A DNA stretch of 64,000 bases, from positions 27,561 to 91,560 of IMG/VR virus record IMGVR_UViG_3300023174_000110. One strand, written 5' to 3'. The position numbers and the translations under genes are program-made. The first letter of the stretch is position 1. Each line of letters begins with the position of its first letter. Under the pieces are notes generated by a model. It was given only the letters and a program-made list of their open reading frames with translations. It had not been told where the DNA came from and ran no database searches. This DNA comes from a virus. Shown here in pieces: positions 31,901 through 41,245 of the stretch.

Positions 31901-32244
31901 GTGGCTTCTGCAAAAGCAATTACCTTTGCAACAACCGAACCATCTTGGCTATAAATTGTTCCATTTTCAAACGATGCTGCAATTGTGGTTAGTCCAGATG
32001 GTGTGGTTCCATTTAACTTTAGAAAATAAACATTTTGGTTAACTGTTACTTTACCGCCAGAAACGGGAGTGTTCTGAGCAAAAATTGCATCAGCAAAACT
32101 TGTGATTTGATTTTGTAGGATGGTTTGAGATTGTGTTAACTCACGAGCCTGAACAGAATAACCTGGCTTAAAAAGAATTCGATGGTAGTTTTTAGTTACA
32201 TCAAAATCATCATAGTACGGTTCTACATTAAAATTAAGTGCCAT
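25999..32244 (-). CDS. Large baseplate/virion structural protein, VrlC/DUF4815-like (2081 aa)
   Basis: PYYDDFD...ILFKPG..VQARELTQ.Q.ILQNQI, APGADR, RFKNGILVDDF, DPVAQTF; follows gp8 as in T4-like cyanophages. Confidence 0.85.
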   Translation of the reverse strand: MALNFNVEPYYDDFDVTKNYHRILFKPGYSVQARELTQSQTILQNQITSFADAIFAQNTPVSGGKVTVNQNVYFLKLNGTTPSGLTTIAASFENGTIYSQDGSVVAKVIAFAEATSTSIGVDGDPPTLMVTYITGNKFGSGDTIYLNGSNYIATIITSSVGNEATGKGSIASISRGIFYVKGNFVTASEDTVILSKYNENPSLRVGLNATETIIDSNDDTTLLDPALGATNYQAPGADRYLISLSLETRPLTLGDDDNFIELVRLSEGTIQKQVDGTVYSVIDDYFAKRTNDTNGDFIVSDYTLTPKANTINSSKYDIGISKGVSYVRGYRLENQSPVSLTNDRARTQDSVLNNPTFIDYGNYFFVNSSNGVFDVTTLPSVDFHTVDKTSISLTNENSYNSTKAATGYIRNMVYSSTSNTANGSAYIYKAYVFGIQNQTLTANVAAGSANNSYITLPSTNQFSNVANAYYNVTVSIDKGTSAGDFRVITRYDAASKIAYVDRPFTVAPTTSSQFTLRFDVTDIETIIKATAGTPYTVTANATIDTSSKKTNDVLADTVLQNPNAPELLFNLGNQYVSYANNTSYLTTQVFRNVAFGISGGNIVATLTFGSAPVSTLSFLGSGSLSADAVSQNFQIIVTNPGSNAGLRAGQTLPWNILSRTCSITGAGSTATFTTPTSDLTAFTGTIIAKTYVKAGNDTSYIIKAKNLVTGNTTGVNLSGTTVNSYSYVDTTQGQVYITWQGLVNPGSPQKLYITDVKRIVKIIDTKSQATFPTAAMLSDPSYDITNRFTFDNGQRDSHYDFATITLGVGQPAIKGNLLVVLDYYATTGGDGYYSVMSYLAPISSSPENYAEIPSYTSSTGNPYQLRDCLDFRPSLINAQPNFTIRASASGSGASGAYIPVDLSIFESNYGYYLSRKDKLILSKDRSFEIIQGTPSSNPISPGEPDGALVIANLTHDPYTAYIPGEATGELPNLSIERVKHKRWQMRDISDLESRVNNIEYYTALNTLEKGAASLQIADGNGLNRFKNGILVDDFSSYAASDISNNDYLVSVNRRTKQMTAAQVVKNFPLQSLSLIYNMGQLDSTSANNLGYKITTAGKSNFFTLSYTTSNVITQQIASRTVNLNPFAVSLNSGVMDLTPPMDNWVDTEKAPDLLIVDPNLQVYRASDQVNVLQVGDWKTTVATTTDNVIAAGRNWRVNQVTTYTEQQQKTVLGKYDKLSSSYLETSGYITDVSILPYIRQQFLQFNTYGMLVNTDVSAYFDGVLVDKYIRKPNIIELTNVSGSFADGDVIGLFAGGNFTPYAKIVSYYVNPQNSNVRLYVVTLEGITFNSGVTLQNAKFNTSGQYQSSTASGRIVSYTGVSGRLRSANSTTSIQLSVASSNTDIYTGQTLYVISGSGAGRSSVISAYNTTTKTATLTTGVGAAANDIYSIGKLTTNEVGMLSGIFALPGATFKTGQRTFRVDNRIAGNIGSETTFSEATFHASGLQTTKQGVNYASSIDSAKNTFTQTQTKTNVSSYNYTTVWDPVAQTFIIDKDNYPNGCFLDSIKVFFATKPSTGYAPVTISIVGTVNGYPGGETLDHSQVTLTAEHIKTSNDPHYLNPNTYTVFKFPTPVYLEPNKLYAFILKCPTSNEYTIYTAQNGDTAISSSVKNLPTDPTPATTTKINSAPYVGSLFVSQNSQTWTADQNESMMFVVERCVFDVGSQPQIQFVVPNKLPSRKIVGQEIEYYLNANSISNTITSFENTDVSVDAFNISTTDFIPGTTSVGYQYASTVKSSYAGAPTVSVTPGKFGTPTYDDIYLNDGLGQRVLNANSNTSFSLFATMTSVNDAVSPVISDDGLSVYSITWSINNLGLSNNIITVVSGGTGYNAQTVSVTVNSTDGYGTGATAMANVVGGVIDSVYITNAGSGYITTPTITITDNSTRSGNSNASVILAGETSKSGGNALARYFTKKVVLNQGFDSGDLRVYFTAYRPVNTNIYVYYKILSRSDTQKFEEGTWQLMTLINNSDSLYSQTRDDTYEFVAAPGSFGKAQNYVSYTSDVTNQTYNNFSQFAIKVVLSTSDNTFVPYLSDIRAIALPSAV

Positions 32245-32256
32245 TTTTTCTTTCCA

Positions 32257-33669
32257 TTAAAATCTTAACACAACACGGAATTGTTCAGTAGCATCTCCGC
32301 TACGTTCAACTCCTGTTCTATTTTCTATATAAGTGATATATCCAGAATAGATAATAAAATCGGGATCGGTTACTTGTAATAACGTTCTAATAATAGCCTG
32401 ACCTGATGATAAACTTTCTTGTACAAGAACTTCATTTGCAGTTGGTGTTCCTGTTATATTTATGACCTTTAATATATTGGTTGCTGGATTAAAGCTAACA
32501 ATTTTTGCTTTGAAAGTTGCTCTTGCCAAAGATGGTCCTTGGTACACCACTTGGCCACTATCATACGAACCCAATCCAGAAGAAACCAAAATACTTGTCG
32601 TTACGTCATACACAGTTTCAGTTGCATATGGTATAAGTTTTCCTTGATTACTTTTTGAATAGGGATCCAATATCATACCTAATTGCCTGTAGGTAATATC
32701 GGTTGGTATTAATCCACCTTCACTACCATTAAATTCTAAAGCCGTCATAACATGATTACATCCCAACTCTGATATAGGATCAAATCCGTGACCTCCTATT
32801 GGCGATACAGGACTACTCGCAGTAGCAACTACATTGGGTGACGGATAACCTGCCTCCGTTGTTATTATTGTTTCGGCATAAGTATATCCTTGGCCGGTAT
32901 TTGCCATAACAATGTCTGTAATAAAGCCGGATGCGTTAACACTAGCCGTAGCATTTGCAAATTGACCATCACCATTAATGGTAATTTTTACACCACCAGA
33001 AAAGTAACCACGGCCGGTGTTTGTAACATTAATAACCTGAATATCACCTTGCGCAGCAAAAGTTTCAACCGGATTTGGAATGTTTTGGCCAATACCAACC
33101 ACAGGCATCCAATTCACATCTAAGAATTTTTGTTTTTGGCCAATGTTAATTGTATATAAAAATTTCCACTTATAACCATCTGCTGTTTTTACCAAGAATG
33201 ATTTGTCAAATGTACCAGGTAAAAACTCAGGTTCAATAGTCGATTGTGATCGGTTAGCATTTCCTAAACATTTGAACACCTGATCAAAACGATTTCGCAC
33301 ATAGAAATTTTTTGTTAGTATACCATTTGCATCAACCGTAAACATATCTTCTGTATCGGAATATTCATCATATACTACACCAGTTTTCCAATCTCGCCTT
33401 GGTATTACCGGAGAAATATCAGATGATGTTACCTTTTTGGCAGCAATAATATTTTTGAATACTTGCTTTAAAGAATATTGATCCTGTGTTGGCATGGGTG
33501 GATCTTCTTCATCTGGCCATGGATCCACTTGGCCAATAAACGCATATAAAGCATTCTGTAATGTGTTTGTGGCATTAGAGGTGGTTGCAGGAGCATAATA
33601 ATATTGTAGCACCTCATATATTTTACTGCCGTATATGAGTTGAGATGAGTTTGCTGTAAAATTTGCCAT
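32257..33669 (-). CDS. gp8: Baseplate wedge subunit
   Basis: VIPRRDW..G..YD, FYV....VFKCL.N, TADGYKWKFLYTI, P.GGHGFD...ELG. Confidence 0.9.
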   Translation of the reverse strand: MANFTANSSQLIYGSKIYEVLQYYYAPATTSNATNTLQNALYAFIGQVDPWPDEEDPPMPTQDQYSLKQVFKNIIAAKKVTSSDISPVIPRRDWKTGVVYDEYSDTEDMFTVDANGILTKNFYVRNRFDQVFKCLGNANRSQSTIEPEFLPGTFDKSFLVKTADGYKWKFLYTINIGQKQKFLDVNWMPVVGIGQNIPNPVETFAAQGDIQVINVTNTGRGYFSGGVKITINGDGQFANATASVNASGFITDIVMANTGQGYTYAETIITTEAGYPSPNVVATASSPVSPIGGHGFDPISELGCNHVMTALEFNGSEGGLIPTDITYRQLGMILDPYSKSNQGKLIPYATETVYDVTTSILVSSGLGSYDSGQVVYQGPSLARATFKAKIVSFNPATNILKVINITGTPTANEVLVQESLSSGQAIIRTLLQVTDPDFIIYSGYITYIENRTGVERSGDATEQFRVVLRF

Positions 33670-33675
33670 AGTATG

Positions 33676-33683
33676 TATTTATT
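33676..33683 (-). promoter_or_regulatory. Late promoter variant AATAAATA upstream of gp8
   Basis: One mismatch to consensus; 6 nt before ATG. Confidence 0.6.
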
Positions 33684-35763
33684 AAGCGTATTGGATTGCT
33701 ACAAATGTATTTGCGTTATCACCATCAATACTGAAGTATCTTAGGTACGCAGAAGCCGTTCCTGCTATACTAAATGTTGTTGAATTGACAGTTGAATTGG
33801 TTGCTGTACAACCATGTGTAATTGTTCTTGCTGCGCCGCCAGTATTTGTTAACCAAACTTCAACCACTTTGCCATGTACATAATTTGAAAGTGTTATGAT
33901 ACAATCTGCAGCAAGTGAAGCTTTAATTAATGATGTTGTTGAAAAATCAATTGTAAAGGCTGTCTGAGCGCCAGGTAAAATAGTTGGATTATAAATGAAT
34001 CCTTTTTCTGGTTTAACTGTACCAGTAAATTCAACAGAATCCGCATTGAATGAAGCAATTTCCGTGACCGCATTTGATCCATTAGGAACATTATAGAATT
34101 TAATTTTAGAACCACGAGCAGCATCTGTAAAATTCTCAGCAGCCACAATATCTATTCTTGATACACCTAGTGATGCAAATCTTGTGGTGCCATAACCGTT
34201 ACCTGCTAATCTCAATAACACATCATTATTTTGTGTTGCTGTCGGTGCTGCAGCGGTACCTCTAGCAGAACGACCTGCCAATAAACCATATGTGTTTGCA
34301 CCAAAACTATCCAAAACAACTCTGGTTGGTAAATTTGGTTTACCTGTAATCTGTAACATATAACCATCATTTTGTGGTTCAACTACAACTGCATTATTAC
34401 TTCCCGTAATACGAACAGCGGCTTCAGTTGCTGAAGCTAAAGCTGTGTTTACAGTTAATTGACCAGTAGCAGCGACCCCAATCATTGTTACATTACCTGT
34501 AACATCTAAATCACCTGGTAACGACAATGATCCATCCGTATTAAAATTAAATTGTTTTCCGTTGGCTTGTAGTGTAAACGAATTCGATGTCGAAACCATA
34601 AATGTGGTTGGACTTGCTGAAGGATTATATCCAATTTCAGTATTATCCGGGAATACAATATAGTTTGGAACAGTTAAATTTCCATCCGTTCCAAATTGGA
34701 ATTGTTTCTGAACACCACCATTATCAGTTTGTATTTGTACACCAGCGTTTGAACCGATATAAAGATCATCAGTTGCTGAAATAGTTTGGCTACCATCAAA
34801 CACCAAATCACCAGTAATGGTCAATGTACCACCAAATATACCTGTTGTATTGGCTAAAGCATTGTTTGCTTTGGTAAATGCAGCCCAAGCATGATTGTTT
34901 GCTGTAGTGATGTTGGTGTTCTGTGTTGTGTTAACTGCCTGTAGTATGGCAATATTGCCAGAGTTTGTATTTGCAGCATTAAAAGCTGCCCAAGCTTGGT
35001 TGTTGGCAGTTGTTATATTGGTGTTTTGAGTTGTATTAACACCTTGCATTACTGTTATACTATTACTTTGTGTATTGCCTTGTGCATAGATTGCTGCAGC
35101 ATAAGTGTTTACATTAATGGCAAAATTATATGCAGAGTTTGCTTGATTGAAAATGATTTGTGAATGTGCTGCTGTGACCGCTGCCGTGTTTTGTATGGTG
35201 TTATCAGCAAACTTGATAGGCATCTTTAGAGATAGACCAACACCATCTTCAATTCTTGCAACTTCATTGGCTTGTTTATGATCACCAGTAAAGAAAACTA
35301 AATCAGTATTTGCAATCGCTGTACCAATCCACAAATTACCATACTTTTGATTGTCCTTGCCATGCATATACAAATAACCATCATTATTGGGTAAGTCAAA
35401 TGTTGGATCAGCATCCATATTTGAACCTTGAACACCCAAATCCAAATAATTATTTGAGTTGTCGCCATCATCTGATGTTATAACAATGTCAGCAGAACCT
35501 TTTCGATTAATGTTTTGAAAATTAACTTGTGAAAAGATTGCAGTATTACTAATAAATTGTGCTACAGAATTTGGAAGTAAAAGACCGGTGTTTGCAGTAC
35601 CAACATTCAAAATATTATTGGCATATAGGCCTTGAGCCAGAACTGTGGTAGAAAACTGTGAAGTTGTATTGGTAGTTCTATCTACCACCACAAATACTGT
35701 GTTGGCGTTGTTAGCCGATAACTGTGATAAAACTGGTAGTTGTGATATTTTTACTGTTGCCAT
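33682..35763 (-). CDS. Fibre-like protein inserted between gp7 and gp8
   Basis: KISQLP N-terminus; [15 protein letters not shown] repeats; F..DG.L..P repeats. Confidence 0.65.
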   Translation of the reverse strand: MATVKISQLPVLSQLSANNANTVFVVVDRTTNTTSQFSTTVLAQGLYANNILNVGTANTGLLLPNSVAQFISNTAIFSQVNFQNINRKGSADIVITSDDGDNSNNYLDLGVQGSNMDADPTFDLPNNDGYLYMHGKDNQKYGNLWIGTAIANTDLVFFTGDHKQANEVARIEDGVGLSLKMPIKFADNTIQNTAAVTAAHSQIIFNQANSAYNFAINVNTYAAAIYAQGNTQSNSITVMQGVNTTQNTNITTANNQAWAAFNAANTNSGNIAILQAVNTTQNTNITTANNHAWAAFTKANNALANTTGIFGGTLTITGDLVFDGSQTISATDDLYIGSNAGVQIQTDNGGVQKQFQFGTDGNLTVPNYIVFPDNTEIGYNPSASPTTFMVSTSNSFTLQANGKQFNFNTDGSLSLPGDLDVTGNVTMIGVAATGQLTVNTALASATEAAVRITGSNNAVVVEPQNDGYMLQITGKPNLPTRVVLDSFGANTYGLLAGRSARGTAAAPTATQNNDVLLRLAGNGYGTTRFASLGVSRIDIVAAENFTDAARGSKIKFYNVPNGSNAVTEIASFNADSVEFTGTVKPEKGFIYNPTILPGAQTAFTIDFSTTSLIKASLAADCIITLSNYVHGKVVEVWLTNTGGAARTITHGCTATNSTVNSTTFSIAGTASAYLRYFSIDGDNANTFVAIQYA

Positions 35764-35766
35764 TTT

Positions 35767-38676
35767 TTACCCTATGATTAGATAAGTTCCTTGTTCTGTG
35801 GTGATATCGTTGCCGGCTTCTGTCGCTAATAATGGATAATCATATACAAATACTTGACCGTATATGAATGCGGTTTGTGTATTAGCATTCTTGTTTACTG
35901 TTATTCTAGAATTACCTGATGGTCCAAATGAACTGTTGGCCACCGATATGTTACCGTTGGCAAATACTCTGGTGACTGCATAATATGGTCCACCGTTTAA
36001 CGAAACACTATCTCCAACGTATATAATGTTATTGGCTGGTGTCTTTCTGTCAAAATTACCATCATATTGTCCTGTAACTGATGTTATATTTATGACGTTT
36101 GAGGAGGCATTTGCATATCCAAAGCCCACATTCGCAAAAGTCAAAAATACATTGTCATCAATTGTTAATTTGTTATTCACATGATCAACATCAGTAATTA
36201 AAGAATACACTTTTACATTATTGCTGGATTCAAATTTTATATAATCATTAGCAAATATAGTGTTACCAATGTTACCAGATATAACATTGTTGACTTTGAT
36301 AATATTACTACTAATTATATTGGTGGCTGTGTTGACTTCTAGGGTCAAGTAAGCTGCACCACCAGCCACATACTCTAAAGTGTAACCTTTTTGGTGTCCC
36401 GTTTCTGTTCCAAGGTTAAACGAATTGGAACTTCTTAGTAAATTTCTACCAATAAGTTTTGAGCCAGCTGGATGTAAAAGGTTTAAAATTAAATCTTTAT
36501 ATGATTTTAAAGCTTTTTCTACCGATAAAACGTATGTATACTTATTATAATCTAAACTCTCTAGAACTAATCCTAATGAAGAAGGCTGTCCATCTTCATT
36601 TAAATATACACCTTGGCCAACAATCAATCCATTTAAAAATGCTGCGTTAGCTTTGGCATTACCATCACCATATTTAATCATACTGCCAGGTAAACCAGCT
36701 TTGTTAATCAATACTGGTTGTGGACTGAAATTTAATTGTACTGTTGTGTTGCCAACTTCTCTATCAATATTTAAAGTTAATCCTTCGGCATAATTTCCTG
36801 AATAATCATACACCCTTAATCTGTAGATGTCATTTTGTGTATTTCCTGTGGGGTCAAATGAAGTTCTAGTAAAAGAATAAACATTTGCAGAATATGTTGC
36901 AGATAGGTATGTATTACCTTGATAGATGATATCTCCGGTAACAATTGAATTTGTTCCAGACACATTACTCAGAGCAATATCTTGCACATTTAAATATACC
37001 TTTGGTGCAGAAACGTAATCTTCGCCTGGATTGGTAATATTGATGGTTGAAATTTGGCCAATACGATCCGTTGTTGGAGATAAAATTGCACCATCTCCCA
37101 TAATTCCTGGAATAACAAGACTTGCATTTGATCCATATTCACTATTAATTATTACAGTTGGTAGATCGGAAAGTGTATATCCAAAACCACCTAATGAGTA
37201 AGTTGTGTTTATATTGTTGCCAGAAAATATGTATGGCACCCTAACAATTGATCCTGTTGCGTTAACTACTATGTTCGCAAACGCTCCTGATCCCAAACCA
37301 CCAACAATACTAATTGTGTCATTGTTCCCATAACCAGTACCAGCATTTCGAATTGAAATAGGTTGTAATATGCCAAGATTTTTTAAATCACTTTGTCCTG
37401 CGTCAGTAGAATACAAAGAAGTAACAGTAACGTTTGGTGTTTTATTATATCCTGCACCTTGATTTGTAATTTTAATAGAACCGATTGGCCCAACAGCAAA
37501 AGATGTAAATGTAAATGCATCCACTAATCTAGAATTTGTATTAGTTACACCTGGATTTTGAAATATATTATATGTTTGTGCTAAAGTCGTATTGCCAATT
37601 GCTATATTTGAAGCCGTACCTAAAGAGTTGCTGATAATAAAAGAAACATTTGTTAATTTTTCACTATCTAATAAATTAATTTCAGCTTTTGCTGGTGCGT
37701 CTGCCGTTCCTAAAAAATTAATAGCTGAATTTGGAGATAATCGATAACCATTTGATCCATCAGTAACAACTATAGATGAAATACTGCCTCTTGTTGTTTG
37801 ACCAACAAAAGCTTCTGCACCAACTGGATCAACAACATCCGGATTCAATCCACCAGAAATAATAACAGGATCACCCGGTTCATAAAATTGGCCACGTTCT
37901 TTGGAGTTTATTCTAATCGATGAAATAACACCAATAATTTTACCTCTTAGTATTACAGCGTTTTCTGGTATGTTTACTCCTTGGTTTTGAATATAAACTT
38001 TACCATTAAGGAAATAAACATCTGAATTATTGTTGTCAACTACACGAACAAATTCTCCAGAATTAAATAATCTTTGTATGTTTGAAATAAAAACTTCAGT
38101 TTTAGAACCAGTTACACTTGAATAATCAATGGTTGCATATGATTTGGTTGTTTCTCCAAAAATTCTTAAATTATTAATTAAAAGCCAATTTGGATTTAAA
38201 GAATCTATTCTTAAAGATTTTGTAATCACCCATTTGCCATCTGAAGCTTTTAAAACTGTATCGGATGTGTTAAATATTTCGGCACTTGAGTTGTACAAAG
38301 CTCTAAACAGGAATTTATAAGAGTTTTCTGTTCCTTTGGTGTTGTACAATTCTTTTGATATTTTTAATAATTTTCTTTTATCCGTTAAAGCATCTTTTGG
38401 TATGTAAGGAAGAAAATCATTAATAAAATAATCAATAAATTCATCTAATGTGTTGTCAACATTAGAATAATTTAATAAATTCTTTGATGCGTATGTTACA
38501 CCTTGGTCACTTGAAGTAACAATAGTATTTGATGCATTTGCACTATGAGTTGTTTCCATCCATTGATAGTATGCTTCAATAAAAGAAACAAAATTTTGAT
38601 AAGCAGAATCATCCTGAATAAATTCAGGAAGTTGTTTAGCAATCTGTAATGATGTTTTGTGATTATCTAAAATCAT
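35767..38676 (-). CDS. gp7: Baseplate wedge initiator
   Basis: QLPEFI, FIEAYYQW, LY.TKGT..SY.FLFR.LY, LKASDGKW, LLHPAG; between gp6 and gp8. Confidence 0.8.
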   Translation of the reverse strand: MILDNHKTSLQIAKQLPEFIQDDSAYQNFVSFIEAYYQWMETTHSANASNTIVTSSDQGVTYASKNLLNYSNVDNTLDEFIDYFINDFLPYIPKDALTDKRKLLKISKELYNTKGTENSYKFLFRALYNSSAEIFNTSDTVLKASDGKWVITKSLRIDSLNPNWLLINNLRIFGETTKSYATIDYSSVTGSKTEVFISNIQRLFNSGEFVRVVDNNNSDVYFLNGKVYIQNQGVNIPENAVILRGKIIGVISSIRINSKERGQFYEPGDPVIISGGLNPDVVDPVGAEAFVGQTTRGSISSIVVTDGSNGYRLSPNSAINFLGTADAPAKAEINLLDSEKLTNVSFIISNSLGTASNIAIGNTTLAQTYNIFQNPGVTNTNSRLVDAFTFTSFAVGPIGSIKITNQGAGYNKTPNVTVTSLYSTDAGQSDLKNLGILQPISIRNAGTGYGNNDTISIVGGLGSGAFANIVVNATGSIVRVPYIFSGNNINTTYSLGGFGYTLSDLPTVIINSEYGSNASLVIPGIMGDGAILSPTTDRIGQISTINITNPGEDYVSAPKVYLNVQDIALSNVSGTNSIVTGDIIYQGNTYLSATYSANVYSFTRTSFDPTGNTQNDIYRLRVYDYSGNYAEGLTLNIDREVGNTTVQLNFSPQPVLINKAGLPGSMIKYGDGNAKANAAFLNGLIVGQGVYLNEDGQPSSLGLVLESLDYNKYTYVLSVEKALKSYKDLILNLLHPAGSKLIGRNLLRSSNSFNLGTETGHQKGYTLEYVAGGAAYLTLEVNTATNIISSNIIKVNNVISGNIGNTIFANDYIKFESSNNVKVYSLITDVDHVNNKLTIDDNVFLTFANVGFGYANASSNVINITSVTGQYDGNFDRKTPANNIIYVGDSVSLNGGPYYAVTRVFANGNISVANSSFGPSGNSRITVNKNANTQTAFIYGQVFVYDYPLLATEAGNDITTEQGTYLIIG

Positions 38677-38679
38677 TTA

Positions 38680-40749
38680 TTAACTACTTGCTGTAATGTT
38701 TATTTCAATTGCTGACTGATCAGTATTATCTAATGTGATAATTTTATCTTTATCAGAAGAAACAATTGTTGAATTTGGTATTGCTTGTAAGGTTAATATA
38801 CCTAAAGGATTATCAATTTGTGATGGATTAAAATCGGTCAATGTAATTACGCCAGTTTGATAGTCTACTGTGCCAGCATTAACATTTAAAATTGTTTTAA
38901 CACCTTCACTATAATAATATGTTCTTAATGTTCCTCTGTTGCCAGCTAAAACAGCCAAAGCTGAACACATAGTTCCGTTACCATCAGCTGAAGTAATTTC
39001 AATTAGAGCTTGTGTATAATTAATTCCAGGGTTTGTTATCGTAATATTATTAACTTGGCCATTTACAACAGTTGCTTTTGCTGTTGCACCTGTGCCATCA
39101 CCTACAATGGTTACTATTGGATTGGATGTGTAACCAAATCCTGGATTAATAATAGTTATAGAATCTAAAAAAGTTGTTCCTGATGGAGTTTCTTCTAGAT
39201 ATGCAGTTCTAACAATGTTATTATTTTTTGTGTCAATTACTTGAAAAGTGGGACTAATACTAATACTTTTTGAGAAAATATCTTTTTTCAATGGCACACC
39301 AAAATTAAATGAATATGATGTTGAATTAAGTAAATTTGGTGAAAATCTTTTTTGTAACACTAACGATGCATCATTAGTTATAAATGATTGATTGACAGAT
39401 TGCACCGCAGTTATTAATGATGACAATTGAAATGTTGAATTAAATTTATTTAATGTATTGGTTGCAAAATTCTGAATAGAATTAAATACTTGTGTTTCTA
39501 ATTGATCAGAAGTTAATGCTGTTAATTTTGGATTATAATATATGTTTGATATAATTTTTAAGTATGTATAGTCAACGTCTATAATCTTTGGTTTAATTGT
39601 TAACACAGAAATAGGTTTAATAATTTTTTCTTCAATAATATTTTTTTGTGTTTGTGTTAAAGTGTATCCACCTTTTGGTTTTATGGCAATAAAAATAGTA
39701 CCATAAACAGGAGGACTATTTTCTTCTCCGCCCCAAACATTAACAGCGTCTATTGGAAAAATACCAGCATTGTTTTGAATTAAATAAATGTAATCTTCTT
39801 TTGTAACAGCACGACCTTGAGCAGAGTATGATTTAGGTGCTGTGTACTTAATTGATTCAATGGTTTCTTTTTCGGAACCTTGTGTTGTGGATGTGACAGG
39901 TGTTATTGTGGTGTTAGAGTATCCAGAAATAGAATCCATCAATACAAAATTATTGGCACCAGTTGAACTTGTGCCATTAGTTACAATATATGAAACTGTT
40001 ACAATATTACCATCAGTAATTGATTTTCCTAATATGCCATCACCAAAATATATTTGATAGTAACCATTGATACCTTCCTGTAAAAAATACACACTCGATG
40101 TTGAATCCAAACTTAAATAATCTGAAGCCAAAGTATAAATTTCGTAGGCAGTATTTGAACCGCTCTGTTGCACAGATACAGTTAATGTAGAAGTGTCAAT
40201 GTTTGTGTCAGGTAAATCAAATATAGCTGTTGGGTTGGCTGCAGAATCATAAGTATAATTTAATGTAATTGGCTCACCTTGTTTCAAAGTTAAATTTGAA
40301 AATGTAACCGAATTAGAAAAAGTATTTGTGTTTAATGTTGTTGAATTAACTGTTACAAATTTGTAATTTACGCCATCAATTGCTTCGGACATGAATGTGG
40401 TAAATTTTGGTAGTGTCAATGAAGAATCTGTTACTTGATTGAAAGTGATATTAATGGTGGCTGATGGTGCTGATGCCGATTTTGGTGTATAATTTAATAA
40501 TTTTGCATGAGAAACAACAGACGACCTCTGTAAAGCTGAATCCAAAAACATTTCATTGGCAACCATATTCAAATAATAAGCATTATATTGTGTATTGTAA
40601 GAAAGAATGTCTAACAATGTAGAAAGTGCAGATCCTTCATAGTTGTAATCTTGTAATGTGTTTTGTGATTGCAAAAACTTTTTAAGATTAGTTTTAATTG
40701 TATTAAAATCTAAATCGGTAATCTGAATATTGGATTTATTTCCAGCCAT
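38680..40749 (-). CDS. gp6: Baseplate wedge subunit
   Basis: LDFNTIK..L, DYNYEGS.LS.LLD.L.YNT, FLDSA..RSSVVSHAK, Q.RAVT..DY, WGGEEN.PP.YG. Confidence 0.95.
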   Translation of the reverse strand: MAGNKSNIQITDLDFNTIKTNLKKFLQSQNTLQDYNYEGSALSTLLDILSYNTQYNAYYLNMVANEMFLDSALQRSSVVSHAKLLNYTPKSASAPSATINITFNQVTDSSLTLPKFTTFMSEAIDGVNYKFVTVNSTTLNTNTFSNSVTFSNLTLKQGEPITLNYTYDSAANPTAIFDLPDTNIDTSTLTVSVQQSGSNTAYEIYTLASDYLSLDSTSSVYFLQEGINGYYQIYFGDGILGKSITDGNIVTVSYIVTNGTSSTGANNFVLMDSISGYSNTTITPVTSTTQGSEKETIESIKYTAPKSYSAQGRAVTKEDYIYLIQNNAGIFPIDAVNVWGGEENSPPVYGTIFIAIKPKGGYTLTQTQKNIIEEKIIKPISVLTIKPKIIDVDYTYLKIISNIYYNPKLTALTSDQLETQVFNSIQNFATNTLNKFNSTFQLSSLITAVQSVNQSFITNDASLVLQKRFSPNLLNSTSYSFNFGVPLKKDIFSKSISISPTFQVIDTKNNNIVRTAYLEETPSGTTFLDSITIINPGFGYTSNPIVTIVGDGTGATAKATVVNGQVNNITITNPGINYTQALIEITSADGNGTMCSALAVLAGNRGTLRTYYYSEGVKTILNVNAGTVDYQTGVITLTDFNPSQIDNPLGILTLQAIPNSTIVSSDKDKIITLDNTDQSAIEINITASS

Positions 40750-40750
40750 T

Positions 40751-41143
40751 TTATCTATTTCTTTCTAGAAGTAATGTTACTGATGTTGGCAGCGTTGCAT
40801 TTTCAATATAGAAACTAATTGTGATATCATAAGCATTTTTGTCAGGATATGGCACAATGATTATTTCTTTTAATTTTGCTCTTTTTTCATAATTTTTTAT
40901 AACCAATTCTACTTCTTTTTCTAAACTGGTAGCGGTTACAGGCGAAATTGGTTCAAACAATATTGCATCAATATTAGATCCTATGTCAGGATTAAAAGGT
41001 CTTTCATAATGTTTGGTTAAAAGTAAATTACGAATAGAACGAACAACAGCCAATTCGTCATAGCTGAGAGCAACGTCACCAACTACCGGCTTTTTGGTAA
41101 ATGTGAAGTCGATGTCGGAGTATATCTTTGTTAGGTTTGCCAT
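40751..41143 (-). CDS. gp25: Baseplate wedge subunit
   Basis: YSDIDF.F, SIRNLLLT...ERPF.P..GS, NYE.R. Confidence 0.93.
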   Translation of the reverse strand: MANLTKIYSDIDFTFTKKPVVGDVALSYDELAVVRSIRNLLLTKHYERPFNPDIGSNIDAILFEPISPVTATSLEKEVELVIKNYEKRAKLKEIIIVPYPDKNAYDITISFYIENATLPTSVTLLLERNR

Positions 41144-41147
41144 CTTT

Positions 41148-41155
41148 TATTTATT
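41148..41155 (-). promoter_or_regulatory. Late promoter variant AATAAATA upstream of gp25
   Basis: One mismatch to consensus; 4 nt before ATG. Confidence 0.6.
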
Positions 41156-41245
41156 ACGCTTTCAGGAGTAAATGCGCTTTTTGGAACCTGAGAAGCGCAG
41201 GAAAAAATTTTTGGGCCGGATTGCAAAATTTCGAAATTTCCATTT

